Assembly (NCBI GenBank): GCA_036502405.1
Contig: DASXYP010000084.1
Location: forward strand, 6,560 to 70,559
From: Acidimicrobiia bacterium
Lineage (GTDB): Bacteria > Actinomycetota > Acidimicrobiia > IMCC26256 > JAENVU01
DNA length: 64,000 nt
Reading direction: 5' to 3'
The notes under the pieces are model-generated. The model was not told the origin of the DNA. It made no database searches and worked only from the letters and a program-made list of their open reading frames with translations. A program made the translations under genes and the position numbers. Numbering within the stretch: position 1 is the stretch's first letter; every line of letters begins with the position of its first letter. Positions 35,839-44,984 of the stretch are shown here, piece by piece.

Positions 35839-36537
35839 TCAGCGTAGTGGCGACGGCATCGGCTCGGGCCCGGCCCGGCGGGACAGCACGGGGAGCTCGG
35901 TGCCGGGGACCAGCCCGAGCCGCTGGACCCGCCGGAACCGGCCCAGGCCGCGCAGCGTCAGGTCGCGCGTGCCCAGGACCTCCATCCACGGCGGGAAGGT
36001 CTCGGCCGGGTAGCCGATCGCGAGCAGCTCGCCCGGCCGCGCGGCCTGGCTCAGGCGGGCCGCGAGGTTGACCGGCCGCCCGATGTAGTCGTCGCCGTCG
36101 AAGAGCAGGGCCCAACCGTCCGCGATGCCGCCCCGCAGCGCCAGCGTGCTCGCGTCGTAGCGCGCGATGAGCTCGGCCGCGGCGGCCACCGCGGGACCGA
36201 CCTCGGTGCCGATGAGCATCGCACCGTCGCCGAGCCACGACGCGATCCGCACTCCGCGACGGGTGGCGATGTCACGGGTCAGGTTGCGGAACGCGTTGAG
36301 CGCCTCGATCGCGGCGTGCTCACCGTTGGCGGCCATGAACGCGGTGAAGCCGCAGAGGTCGACGAACACGAACGCGCGCTCGACCATCGGCATGGCGTCC
36401 GCGAGCTGCTGCGGGCTCTCCATGCCGGTCAACCCCGACCCCGCGCGGGTGCCGGCTCCGTCCGACCGCCCGTCGCGGACGTGCGGCGTCTCGACCATCT
36501 GAACCACGAGCTCCTCTCCCGCCCCATCACGCTCCAT
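35839..36537 (-). CDS. Class III adenylate/guanylate cyclase catalytic-domain protein (stand-alone)
   Basis: FVFVDLCGFT (metal Asp), WLGDGAML and IGRPVNLAARL motifs. The start is uncertain (ATG 36537, 36498, 36423 or 36393). Confidence 0.8.
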   Translation of the reverse strand: MERDGAGEELVVQMVETPHVRDGRSDGAGTRAGSGLTGMESPQQLADAMPMVERAFVFVDLCGFTAFMAANGEHAAIEALNAFRNLTRDIATRRGVRIASWLGDGAMLIGTEVGPAVAAAAELIARYDASTLALRGGIADGWALLFDGDDYIGRPVNLAARLSQAARPGELLAIGYPAETFPPWMEVLGTRDLTLRGLGRFRRVQRLGLVPGTELPVLSRRAGPEPMPSPLR

Positions 36538-36581
36538 CGCGTCCCGCGACGCCTCCCGACCCTATCCGGCGCGACGAACGC

Positions 36582-37508
36582 GTGTTCGGACTTTTGCCGA
36601 ACGTTCACCAATCGGGCCCGTACGATGCCCGGGTGGACGCACCCGACTGGTATCGCTCCGCGCTCGACGCGCCCCACGAGGACGACGAGGTCGTCGTCGA
36701 CGGCTGCCGGATCCACTACGTGCGGTGGGGGGCGCAGGGCTGCCCGGGTGTCGTGCTGGTGCACGGCGGCGCGGCACACGCGCACTGGTGGGACCACGTC
36801 GCGCCCCTGCTGACGCGCGACTGCGGCGTCGTGGCGCTCGATCTCTCCGGTCACGGCGACAGCGGCCGGCGCGACCGCTACCCGACCTCGACCTGGGCGC
36901 GCGAGATCGTCGCAGTCGCCGAGCACGCGGGCATCGCGGGGCCGCCGGTCGTCGTCGGCCACAGCATGGGCGGCTGGGTCGCCATCACCGCGGCGGCCGA
37001 GCACGGCGACCGGCTCGACGGCATCGTCATCCTCGACTCACCGGTGAGCCGGCGCGCGCCGGAGGAGGAAGCCGCGGCCGAGGGTGCGGCGTTCGGTCCG
37101 CTGCACACGTACCCGACACTCCAGGCGGCGCTCGCGCGCTTCCGGACCGTCCCCGACCAGCCCACGTCCCTGCCGTACGTGCTCGACCACGTCGCGCGCA
37201 CGTCGGTGCGCACCACCGAAGGCGGTTGGACGTGGAAGTTCGACCCGCGCATCTTCGACCGTCCGGTCCCGACCGGCGAGCTCCTCCGGCAGGTCCGGTG
37301 CCGCGTCGCGCTGTTCCGCTCCGAGCACGGGCTCGTGACGCCCGACATCGGTGAGTACATGTACGAGCAGCTCGGCCGGCTCGCGCCCGTCGTCGAGGTC
37401 CCGCTCGCCCACCACCACGTGATGCTCGACCAGCCGATCCCGCTGGTCACCGGGTTGCGCACGCTGCTCGCGGACTGGGAGCACAGCGTGCCTCAGCGGC
37501 GGACCTGA
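36582..37508 (+). CDS. Alpha/beta hydrolase (Ser nucleophile)
   Basis: VLVHGG oxyanion region, GHSMGG nucleophile elbow and a C-terminal AHHHVMLDQP His region. The start is uncertain (GTG 36582 or the in-frame GTG near 36633). Confidence 0.8.
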   Translation: MFGLLPNVHQSGPYDARVDAPDWYRSALDAPHEDDEVVVDGCRIHYVRWGAQGCPGVVLVHGGAAHAHWWDHVAPLLTRDCGVVALDLSGHGDSGRRDRYPTSTWAREIVAVAEHAGIAGPPVVVGHSMGGWVAITAAAEHGDRLDGIVILDSPVSRRAPEEEAAAEGAAFGPLHTYPTLQAALARFRTVPDQPTSLPYVLDHVARTSVRTTEGGWTWKFDPRIFDRPVPTGELLRQVRCRVALFRSEHGLVTPDIGEYMYEQLGRLAPVVEVPLAHHHVMLDQPIPLVTGLRTLLADWEHSVPQRRT

Positions 37509-38692
37509 CCCGGATCGGCTCCGGGCCGCGAGCCGGCCGGCAGCACGATCGTGCGAGACCGGGCCGCGGCCTCCGCGCCGGCTTCGGCGATGGCGACGAG
37601 CGCGAACGCGGCGACCGACCAGTAGGTGTCGAACCACGTCGCCCACTCCGCGACGCCGACGACCACCGCGACGCCGAGCACGGCCGCCAGCCGGATCAGG
37701 ACGAGCCGGTCGAGCGGCCGGCGCCGAGACACGAAGCTGATGAGGATGAGGGCGAGGTAGATCTCCGCGAGCGGGATCGCGACTGCGGCCACGTCGGGTG
37801 TCGGCACGTCCTGGCCCGGATGGAACACGACGAAGCGCGAGACGCCGATCGCGACCCCGATGATGCCGAGGTGCAGCAGCAGATGGCCACCGAGCCAGGT
37901 CGAGCGGCCGCGGGGGGTCTCCGAGGCGCCGGCCCGCGGCACATCGTCGAAGTAGGTGGCCCAGACCGCGAACACGAGCACGAACTCGAGCGCGACCGTG
38001 ACGACGTCGATGCCGTCGAGCGAGTCGGCGTTCGCGGCGAGCGCGACCTTCACGAACGCCTCACCGCACATGATGATCGTCAGCGCGCCGAGCCGCTCGA
38101 GCAGGCGGCGCTCCTCCAACGGCGGCGCGGTCGTGCAATGGGCGATCGCGGGCGCGATCGTCACCGCGAGCCCGAGGAACCAGAGACCGAGGCGCACCCC
38201 CTCGGGGAAGAGGCCCGCGAGGGTGAAGATCACGGCCGCGACCGTGTACTCGATCGCGCGCCGACGCGCGAACCCCGCCTTCTCGACGTGCGGGCGCGCC
38301 GCGCGTGCGTACGTGAGCGCGACCGTGAACGTCAGCAGGCCATAGCAGATCGAGTCGAACTCCGGGTGCGCGTGCGCGCCGTCCCCCGCGCCGATCGCCA
38401 CCAGCGCGACCAGGAACATCTGCGTGAGCGTGAGCAGCCGGTGCACGACGTCGTCGGTCGGGAACCGGTTGGCGTACATCGTGGTCGCGAGCCACACCCA
38501 CCAGATCGAGACGAACGCGCCTGCGAACCAGAAGGACTCGCCGACGTCGTCCGCGTGCGAGAACTCCGAGCTGAGGATCAGGATGGCCGCGACGAAGACG
38601 AGGTCGAAGAAGAGGTCGAGCCACGCCTGCTCGGATTCGGGCGACCCCGGGGCCGGACCGGGCGCCGAGACGGGTTCCCGGCTCGTCGGCAT
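37493..38692 (-). CDS. LtrA (low temperature requirement A) family membrane protein
   Basis: WLDLFFDLVFVAAI N-terminal family motif and about 10 TM helices. ATG 38692. The upstream 440 aa of the track ORF is antisense to the agmatine deiminase gene. Confidence 0.8.
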   Translation of the reverse strand: MPTSREPVSAPGPAPGSPESEQAWLDLFFDLVFVAAILILSSEFSHADDVGESFWFAGAFVSIWWVWLATTMYANRFPTDDVVHRLLTLTQMFLVALVAIGAGDGAHAHPEFDSICYGLLTFTVALTYARAARPHVEKAGFARRRAIEYTVAAVIFTLAGLFPEGVRLGLWFLGLAVTIAPAIAHCTTAPPLEERRLLERLGALTIIMCGEAFVKVALAANADSLDGIDVVTVALEFVLVFAVWATYFDDVPRAGASETPRGRSTWLGGHLLLHLGIIGVAIGVSRFVVFHPGQDVPTPDVAAVAIPLAEIYLALILISFVSRRRPLDRLVLIRLAAVLGVAVVVGVAEWATWFDTYWSVAAFALVAIAEAGAEAAARSRTIVLPAGSRPGADPGQVRR

Positions 38693-38740
38693 CCTCTTCT
38701 GTACCACCTCCACCCTCGCCGACCGTGGTTGACTCGCGAG

Positions 38741-39778
38741 ATGCCGGAAGGTCCGACCGGCGCCGCCGAGCCGCTCGCGTCGCTCCCGGAGGGCGCGCGG
38801 GTGCCCGCGGAGACCGGCCCGCACGAACGCACCCTGGTCGTCTGGCCCACGTCTTCCCGGCGGGAGCAGCTGTGGGGCGACCAGCTCGACGCGGCGCGCG
38901 ACGTGCACGCGCTCGTCGCGCACGCGATCGCCCGCTTCGAGCCCGTGCTGCTCGTCGTCGACCCCGCGGACGAGGACACCGCCGTGAAGCACATCGACAG
39001 CGACGCGATCGAGCTGCTCACCGAGCCGGTCGACGACTCGTGGTTGCGCGACTCGGGCCCGGTGACCGCGGTCGCCCTCGACGGCACCCGGCGGGCGCTC
39101 TGCTTCCGCTTCACCGGCTGGGGCGGGTCGTTCACTCCGTACGACCGGGACGCGACGATCGCGGCGCGGCTCGCGCGGCACCTCGGTTTCGTCTCCTATG
39201 ACGTCGGGATCGCGGGCGAGGGTGGTGCACTCGCGCTCGATGGTGACGGCATCGTGGTGACGACCGAGCGCTGCCTCCTCAACCCGAATCGCAACCCGGG
39301 TCGGACGCGCGCGGAGATCGACGCGGCGCTGCTGCGCGCGACCGGAGCCGACACCGTCGTCTGGCTGGCCGACGGCATCGCGGAGGACGCGGGGACCGAC
39401 GGCCACGTCGACAACGTCGTCGCGTTCCATGCCCCGGGGCGGTGCCTCCTCCAGGGGTGCGCCGACCCCGCGAACCCCAACCACGCCATCGCGGCCGCGA
39501 GCCGGGCGACGCTCGAACGGTGCGGGATCGACGTCACCGAGGTGCCGGTCCTGCCCTACGCGACCGTCGGAGGCGTGCGCGTGCCCGTCCCGTACGTCAA
39601 CCTCTCCCCGGTGAACGGTGCGGTGCTCGTCCCGATCGCCGGCGATCCGGCCGACCCCTCGATGCTCGAGCTCATCAGCGCGTGCTACCCCGACCGTGAC
39701 GTCATCGGCGTGCCGGGCGCGGTCCTGGCGTTCGGAGGCGGCGGCGTGCACTGCATCACCCAGCCGGTGCCGGTGTGA
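38741..39778 (+). CDS. aguA: Agmatine deiminase
   Basis: PAD_porph family motifs DDSWLRDSGP, GTDGHVDN and the catalytic C-terminal GGGVHCITQ. Confidence 0.9.
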   Translation: MPEGPTGAAEPLASLPEGARVPAETGPHERTLVVWPTSSRREQLWGDQLDAARDVHALVAHAIARFEPVLLVVDPADEDTAVKHIDSDAIELLTEPVDDSWLRDSGPVTAVALDGTRRALCFRFTGWGGSFTPYDRDATIAARLARHLGFVSYDVGIAGEGGALALDGDGIVVTTERCLLNPNRNPGRTRAEIDAALLRATGADTVVWLADGIAEDAGTDGHVDNVVAFHAPGRCLLQGCADPANPNHAIAAASRATLERCGIDVTEVPVLPYATVGGVRVPVPYVNLSPVNGAVLVPIAGDPADPSMLELISACYPDRDVIGVPGAVLAFGGGGVHCITQPVPV

Positions 39779-39878
39779 GCGGAGCGGGGCACACCCACGC
39801 TCTCGGCCGGTGGACGAGCGCCGCGGTCCGCCGGAGGATGGGACGCCGGGCCGGCCCGCAGGGCCGCGAGCGGGAACG

Positions 39879-40871
39879 ATGAGCGCGCGGGTGATCACCG
39901 CGACCGGGGCCGCGGACTCGCCGGCGCGGGTCGACCCACCGACCCGGCCGCCGTGGCGGGTCGGGCTCGTGCAGGAGCGCTGGCACGCCGACGCCGCGCA
40001 GCACCGGGCCACGCTCGCCGAGGGGGTGCGCGCCGCCGCCGGCGAGGGTGCCAGGCTCGTCTGCCTCCAGGAGCTGACGCTCTCCCCGTACTTCGCGGTG
40101 ACGCCCGACGGGCCGGACGCCGCGGGCGCGGTCTCCGAGCGGGTGCCGGGCGGCCCGACCTACGACTTCGCGGCCGGGCTGGCCGCCGAGGTGAGCGTCC
40201 CGGTGCACGCGTCGCTCTACGAGGAACCGGACGACGGCGGGCTCGGCTACAACACCGCGATCTGCGTGGCACCCGACGGGACGCTGCTCGCCCGCACGCG
40301 CAAGGCGCACCTGCCGGTGACCGCGGGCTACTACGAGGACCGCTACTTCCGTCCGGGTGACAGCGGCTACCCGGTCGTCGACGTGGACCGGGCCCGGCTC
40401 GGGTTCCCGACCTGCTGGGACGAGTGGTTCCCGGAGGTGGCGCGCGCGTACTCGCTGCACGAGGCGGAGGTGCTCGTGTACCCGACCGCGATCGGATCGG
40501 AGCCCGACCATCCGGCCTTCGACACCGAGCCGCTCTGGGAGCAGGTGATCCGCGCCCACGGCATCGCCAACGGCCTCTTCATGGTCGTGCCCAACCGGAT
40601 CGGTGCCGAAGGCCCGATCACGTTCTACGGCTCGTCCTTCGTGAGCGATCCGTACGGCCGGGTCGTGGTCCAGGCGCCCCGCGACGAGCCTGCGGTGCTG
40701 GTGGCCGACCTCGACCTCGATCAGCGCCGGGACTGGCTCGCGCTGTTCCCGTTCCTGGCCACCCGCCGGCCGGAGACCTACGGGGTGCTGACGGACGCGC
40801 CGGAAGGTGGGAAGGAGCGCTCGGCGGGACGGCGGACGTCCGACGGGCCGAACTCGGCCGGCAGCACGTAG
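39879..40871 (+). CDS. aguB: N-carbamoylputrescine amidase (CN-hydrolase family)
   Basis: Nitrilase-superfamily Glu/Lys/Cys context: LVCLQELT, RKAHLP and CWDEWFPE. It sits next to aguA. The C-terminal ~25 aa look non-conserved. Confidence 0.9.
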   Translation: MSARVITATGAADSPARVDPPTRPPWRVGLVQERWHADAAQHRATLAEGVRAAAGEGARLVCLQELTLSPYFAVTPDGPDAAGAVSERVPGGPTYDFAAGLAAEVSVPVHASLYEEPDDGGLGYNTAICVAPDGTLLARTRKAHLPVTAGYYEDRYFRPGDSGYPVVDVDRARLGFPTCWDEWFPEVARAYSLHEAEVLVYPTAIGSEPDHPAFDTEPLWEQVIRAHGIANGLFMVVPNRIGAEGPITFYGSSFVSDPYGRVVVQAPRDEPAVLVADLDLDQRRDWLALFPFLATRRPETYGVLTDAPEGGKERSAGRRTSDGPNSAGST

Positions 40872-41068
40872 CGGTCCGACCGGCGCCGCACCCGGTACCC
40901 GGCGCCCGTTGTCTCGGCGACCTCGAACCCGCCGCTCCACGCGGAGCAGAACCGGTTCCGGACTTCGACCGGGCTCCCGATCGCCAGGGTTGCGCGCCCG
41001 GCAGGAGCCCGCGCCGGGCGCGGCCCACGCCCCGGCGCCTCGACGAGCGTTGCTTCGTCCATGATCAC
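40778..41068 (-). CDS. Small hypothetical protein carrying the same ~50-aa domain as the C-terminus of 15494..16240
   Basis: VEVRNRFCSAWSGGFEVAE...YRVRRRSDRYVLPAEF...DVR aligns at about 50% identity with the other copy. The 3' tail overlaps the aguB tail by 94 nt. Confidence 0.5.
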   Translation of the reverse strand: MIMDEATLVEAPGRGPRPARAPAGRATLAIGSPVEVRNRFCSAWSGGFEVAETTGAGYRVRRRSDRYVLPAEFGPSDVRRPAERSFPPSGASVSTP

Positions 41069-41324
41069 CCCTCGCCGCCGACCCGGCCCGCCGCCGCGCG
41101 TATCGACAGATCCGGGGCGACTTCTTGAGACCCGCGCCGTCCCCTCGACCGTCGACGCCCCCGAGCCGGGGGCGCGCCGTCTTCGCCCGGAAATGATGGA
41201 AGGATGGACTCACGGCGAGCCCCGCCGACACGTCCACGGTTCTGAGCACTCCGAGGCGTCCAAACCACGTGCGCCAGGCAGAGCAACCCCGGCGGCACCT
41301 GCTCCCGAGCCGGACGGAGTCGCC

Positions 41325-42224
41325 GTGATCGAGACCGAGGACCACCCTTCGCGCAGCAGCATCGTGACCGAACGGGTGGTGACCGCGCTGTTCGTCGCGG
41401 GCCCCGCGGTCGCGCTGGCCATCGCGCTCCCCCTCCTCTGGGGCAACGCGGTCGGCCTGTCCGACCTCGTGCTCGCCGGGATCTTCTACCTGATCGCCGG
41501 GTTCGGCATCAGCATCGGGTTCCATCGGCTGTTCACCCACCACAGCTTCAAGGCGAACCGTCCGCTCAAGATCATCCTCGCCGCTGCGGGCTCCATGGCG
41601 TTCGAGGGTTCGGTCACGAGCTGGGTCGCCAACCACCGGCGCCACCACATGTTCAGCGACCAGCCCGGCGACCCGCACTCGCCGCACCGCTACGGGTCCG
41701 GAGTCGCGGCCCAGGCGAAGGGCTTCCTGTTCGCGCACATCGGATGGCTGTTCACCACCGACTCGACGTCCACGACGCGCTTCGCCCCGGACCTGCTCCG
41801 CGACGACGACATCGTCTGGGCGACCCGGCTCTTCCCCGTGTTCGCAGCGCTGTCGTTCGCGATCCCGTTCGGGCTCGGATGGATGATCACCGGGACGTTC
41901 ACCGGTGCGCTCACCGCGTTCATCTGGGCCGGGGTGGTGCGGATGATGCTGTTCCACCACGTCACGTGGAGCATCAACTCGGTCTGCCACATGTTCGGCT
42001 CGAAGCCGTTCGCCACCAAGGACCGCAGCACGAACTTCGCTCCGCTGGCGCTGCTGTCGCTCGGGGAGAGCTGGCACAGCTACCACCACGCGAACCCCGC
42101 CTCGGCGCGCCACGGGGTGCTGCCCCGCCAGGTCGACATCTCCGCCCGCATGATCCGGCTGCTCGAGCACGCCGGCTGGGCGACCCGGGTCCACTGGCCC
42201 GCGCCGGCCTCACTCCTGGTCTAG
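41325..42224 (+). CDS. Membrane fatty-acid (acyl-CoA/acyl-lipid delta-9 type) desaturase
   Basis: Three His boxes: HRLFTHH, HRRHH and WHSYHHANP. GTG 41325 has SD GGAG 5 nt upstream. ATG 41193 is an alternative, longer start. Confidence 0.85.
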   Translation: MIETEDHPSRSSIVTERVVTALFVAGPAVALAIALPLLWGNAVGLSDLVLAGIFYLIAGFGISIGFHRLFTHHSFKANRPLKIILAAAGSMAFEGSVTSWVANHRRHHMFSDQPGDPHSPHRYGSGVAAQAKGFLFAHIGWLFTTDSTSTTRFAPDLLRDDDIVWATRLFPVFAALSFAIPFGLGWMITGTFTGALTAFIWAGVVRMMLFHHVTWSINSVCHMFGSKPFATKDRSTNFAPLALLSLGESWHSYHHANPASARHGVLPRQVDISARMIRLLEHAGWATRVHWPAPASLLV

Positions 42225-42288
42225 CGGGCTCACCGAAGATCTCCGCCGGCCGATCGGCGGACCGCGACCCCACGACGGCCGGCGGCGG

Positions 42289-43020
42289 CTAGAGCGAGCG
42301 CACCAGGTACTCGCTCATGGTCGCGGTGCGGAACCGGCTCAGGTCCAGGCACGCGTTCACGCTCTCGAGCATCTTGGTGACGTTCGCGCTCATGACGTCC
42401 GGGTCACCGCCCGAGTTGAAGAAGAGCATCGGGTCGGCCACGACCTCGGCGGACGCCCACGCCTCCTCCACGATCCCGTGCACCTCGGGCGCGTCGGGAG
42501 TGATGGCGCGCACCACCTCGTTGCGCACGTAGCGGGTGCGGGGCTGGAGCTCGGCCGAGAGTGGTGACTGCGTCCCGTGCCACCGCTCGATCCACTCGTC
42601 GTACGAGATGCCTTCCGGACGGTGGATGAGCGCGACCGTGAGGACGCCGGGGGACCGGTCACCGTCGGCCCAGTCGCGCGGCCCGGCCCACTGCGTCGTG
42701 CCGTAGTCGTCGTAGACGGACTCCACGACGAGGTACCCCGCGAACCTTCGCCCGAGCGCCTCGAGCGCGCGCTCGAACGGTGCGCGCCGGTCGTACGCGT
42801 CGATCCAGACCGAGACGATCGCGGCGAGCGACGCCTCGTCCTCCGGGTTCGGCATCGGGGGCGGTGCCTGCGCGGCCTCGACGTCGTGCACGTCGACGGT
42901 CAGTCCCCGCGCGCCGGACGCGAACAGGGTCGGCGCGGTCTTCGCCAAGAGCTGCTCGCGCAGCACGTCGCCCTGCTCCGCGCTGCCGTCGCCCCACACC
43001 ACGTACATCAGCTTCTCCAC
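42289..43020 (-). CDS. Hypothetical protein (possibly EthD / dimeric alpha-beta-barrel-like)
   Basis: GTG 43020 (VEKLMYVVWG) or ATG 43008. Non-repetitive 240-aa product with high GC3. The family call is weak. Confidence 0.6.
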   Translation of the reverse strand: MEKLMYVVWGDGSAEQGDVLREQLLAKTAPTLFASGARGLTVDVHDVEAAQAPPPMPNPEDEASLAAIVSVWIDAYDRRAPFERALEALGRRFAGYLVVESVYDDYGTTQWAGPRDWADGDRSPGVLTVALIHRPEGISYDEWIERWHGTQSPLSAELQPRTRYVRNEVVRAITPDAPEVHGIVEEAWASAEVVADPMLFFNSGGDPDVMSANVTKMLESVNACLDLSRFRTATMSEYLVRSL

Positions 43021-43088
43021 CGCCCGGACACTACGCGTCGTCGTGCCGGCTGGCGCCGGGGACGGTGCCCGCGGCTCTGACCCTGGCC

Positions 43089-43135
43089 CCGTTCGTGCCG
43101 ATCGGCGCGCTCCGCGCCGCGATCCGCACAAACGG
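43089..43135. promoter_or_regulatory. Long imperfect palindrome upstream of the ABC-2 exporter operon
   Basis: CCGTTCGTGCCGATCGGCGCG-ctc-CGCGCCGCGATCCGCACAAACGG. It lies in the divergent intergenic region, 38 nt before the GTG at 43173. Confidence 0.45.
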
Positions 43136-43172
43136 ATGGGGATGGCGGGAGCGTCCCGGTAGCGTCGCCCGG

Positions 43173-44120
43173 GTGAGCGCCCACCCGCCGACCGGCGAGC
43201 CCCTGGTGCAGGGAACGAAGCTGACCAAGCGCTTCGACGAGTTCGTCGCGGTCGATGCCATCGACTTCCGGGTCGAGCCGGGCGAGGCGTTCGGCTTCCT
43301 GGGCCCGAACGGCGCGGGCAAGACGTCGACGATGCGGATGATCGCCTGCGTGTCCCCCGTCACCGACGGCCAGCTGCGGGTCCTCGGGCTCGACCCGGCG
43401 GTCGCGGGCTCCGAGATCCGGGGCCGGCTCGGCGCGGTCCCGCAAGAGGACACGCTCGACCTCGAGCTGACCGTGCGCGAGAACCTCCTGATCTACGGCC
43501 GGTACTTCGGGCTCCCGCGTCCGTTGATCCGCGAGCGGGCCGACGAGCTCATCGACTTCGTGCAGCTCACCGACCGGATCAACGACAAGGTCGACGAGCT
43601 CTCGGGTGGGATGCGACGGCGGTTGACCATCGCCCGCGCGCTCGTCAACCGGCCCGAGCTGGTGCTGCTCGACGAGCCGACGACCGGCCTCGACCCCCAG
43701 GCCCGGCACCTGGTCTGGGAGCGGCTGTACCAGCTGAAGCGCCAGGGCGTCACGCTCGTCCTCACCACGCACTACATGGACGAGGCCGAGCAGCTCTGCG
43801 ACCGGCTCGTGATCATGGACGGCGGCCACATCGTCGCCGAGGGCTCGCCGCGCCAGCTGATCGCGCTGCACTCGACCCGAGAGGTCGTCGAGCTGCGCTT
43901 CGACTCGGACGACGACCGCGCGAACGCGCACAAGGTGATCGAAGCCTCGGACACCCCGTTCGAGGCGCTCGCCGATCGCTTCCTCGTGTACGCCGACGAC
44001 GGCGAGGGGGAGGTCGAGCGGCTCGCCCACGCGGGCGTGCACCCCGACTCGGAGCTCGTGCGGCGTGGGTCGCTCGAGGACGTCTTCCTCCGCCTGACCG
44101 GCCGCACGCTGGAGGAGTAG
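43173..44120 (+). CDS. ABC-2 type exporter ATP-binding protein (DrrA/NodI-like)
   Basis: Walker A GPNGAGKTST, signature LSGGMRRRL, Walker B LLDEPTTGLD and THYMDEAE. Confidence 0.9.
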   Translation: MSAHPPTGEPLVQGTKLTKRFDEFVAVDAIDFRVEPGEAFGFLGPNGAGKTSTMRMIACVSPVTDGQLRVLGLDPAVAGSEIRGRLGAVPQEDTLDLELTVRENLLIYGRYFGLPRPLIRERADELIDFVQLTDRINDKVDELSGGMRRRLTIARALVNRPELVLLDEPTTGLDPQARHLVWERLYQLKRQGVTLVLTTHYMDEAEQLCDRLVIMDGGHIVAEGSPRQLIALHSTREVVELRFDSDDDRANAHKVIEASDTPFEALADRFLVYADDGEGEVERLAHAGVHPDSELVRRGSLEDVFLRLTGRTLEE

Positions 44121-44887
44121 TGCCGACACCCCTCGCCGCGCGCGTCGTCGAGCACCAGGCGCACATCTTCGGGAAGTTCTGGCGCGGCTCTGCGGTCGCG
44201 TACGTGCTCAACCCGATCCTGTTCCTGGCCGCGCTGGGGCTGGGCGTGGGCGGCCTCGTGAAGCACGACACCGTCGACGGCGTCGCGTACCTCGCGTTCA
44301 TCACCCCCGGCGTCATGGCCGCCGCGGCGATGAACGGCGCCGCGGGCGAGTCGTTGTGGCCGGTGATGGCGGGCACGAAGTGGATCCGGACCTACCACGC
44401 GATGGTCGCGACGCCGGTCGGTCCGGGCGACGTCTACCTCGGCGTCATCACGTGGACCGCGGCCCGGGCCTTCATCGGCGCGACGGTGTTCCTGATCGTC
44501 GCCACGGTCCTCGGCGGCGTCATCTCGTGGTGGGCGCCCCTGGCGATCCCGGCCACGGTCCTGACCGCTCTCGCGTTCGCCGCCCCGCTCACCGCCTTCG
44601 CGGCGACCCAGGACACCGACTTCCGGTTCCCGGTGATCATGCGGCTCGGGGTGATCCCGTTGTTCCTGTTCTCGGGCACGTTCTTCCCGATCTCGCAGCT
44701 GCCGGGCTGGCTCCAGCCGTTCTGCTGGCTGTCGCCGCTGTGGCACGGCGTGCAGCTCTGCCGCGGCGCGACGACGGGCTCGATCGACGGGCCGCAGGCG
44801 GTCGCCAACGTCGCGATCCTCGTCGCGCTCGTCTTCGTCAGCGCCCGCTGGGGCATCCGCACCTTCACCCGAAAGCTCGCGACGTGA
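44120..44887 (+). CDS. ABC-2 type exporter permease (DrrB/NodJ-like)
   Basis: The GTG overlaps the ATPase stop (TAGTG). Six-TM ABC-2 profile with LFLFSGTFFPISQLPGWLQ. Confidence 0.8.
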   Translation: MPTPLAARVVEHQAHIFGKFWRGSAVAYVLNPILFLAALGLGVGGLVKHDTVDGVAYLAFITPGVMAAAAMNGAAGESLWPVMAGTKWIRTYHAMVATPVGPGDVYLGVITWTAARAFIGATVFLIVATVLGGVISWWAPLAIPATVLTALAFAAPLTAFAATQDTDFRFPVIMRLGVIPLFLFSGTFFPISQLPGWLQPFCWLSPLWHGVQLCRGATTGSIDGPQAVANVAILVALVFVSARWGIRTFTRKLAT

Positions 44888-44984
44888 CCGGAGCGGGGGC
44901 ACCACACGTCTTCGGCCCGAAGCCGAGCGGAGGGGTTCGCCGGAGGACGGGTCGTCGGCCCGGCATCCGCCGAGAGCGGGACCG

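Noticed and set aside
43089-43135. Homology between this palindrome and the 93-bp tandem units, based on the shared 12-mer GTTCGTGCCGAT.
   Set aside because: At about 70% GC, several chance 12-mer matches are expected between a 186-bp region and a 64-kb window on both strands. This is insufficient evidence of common origin.
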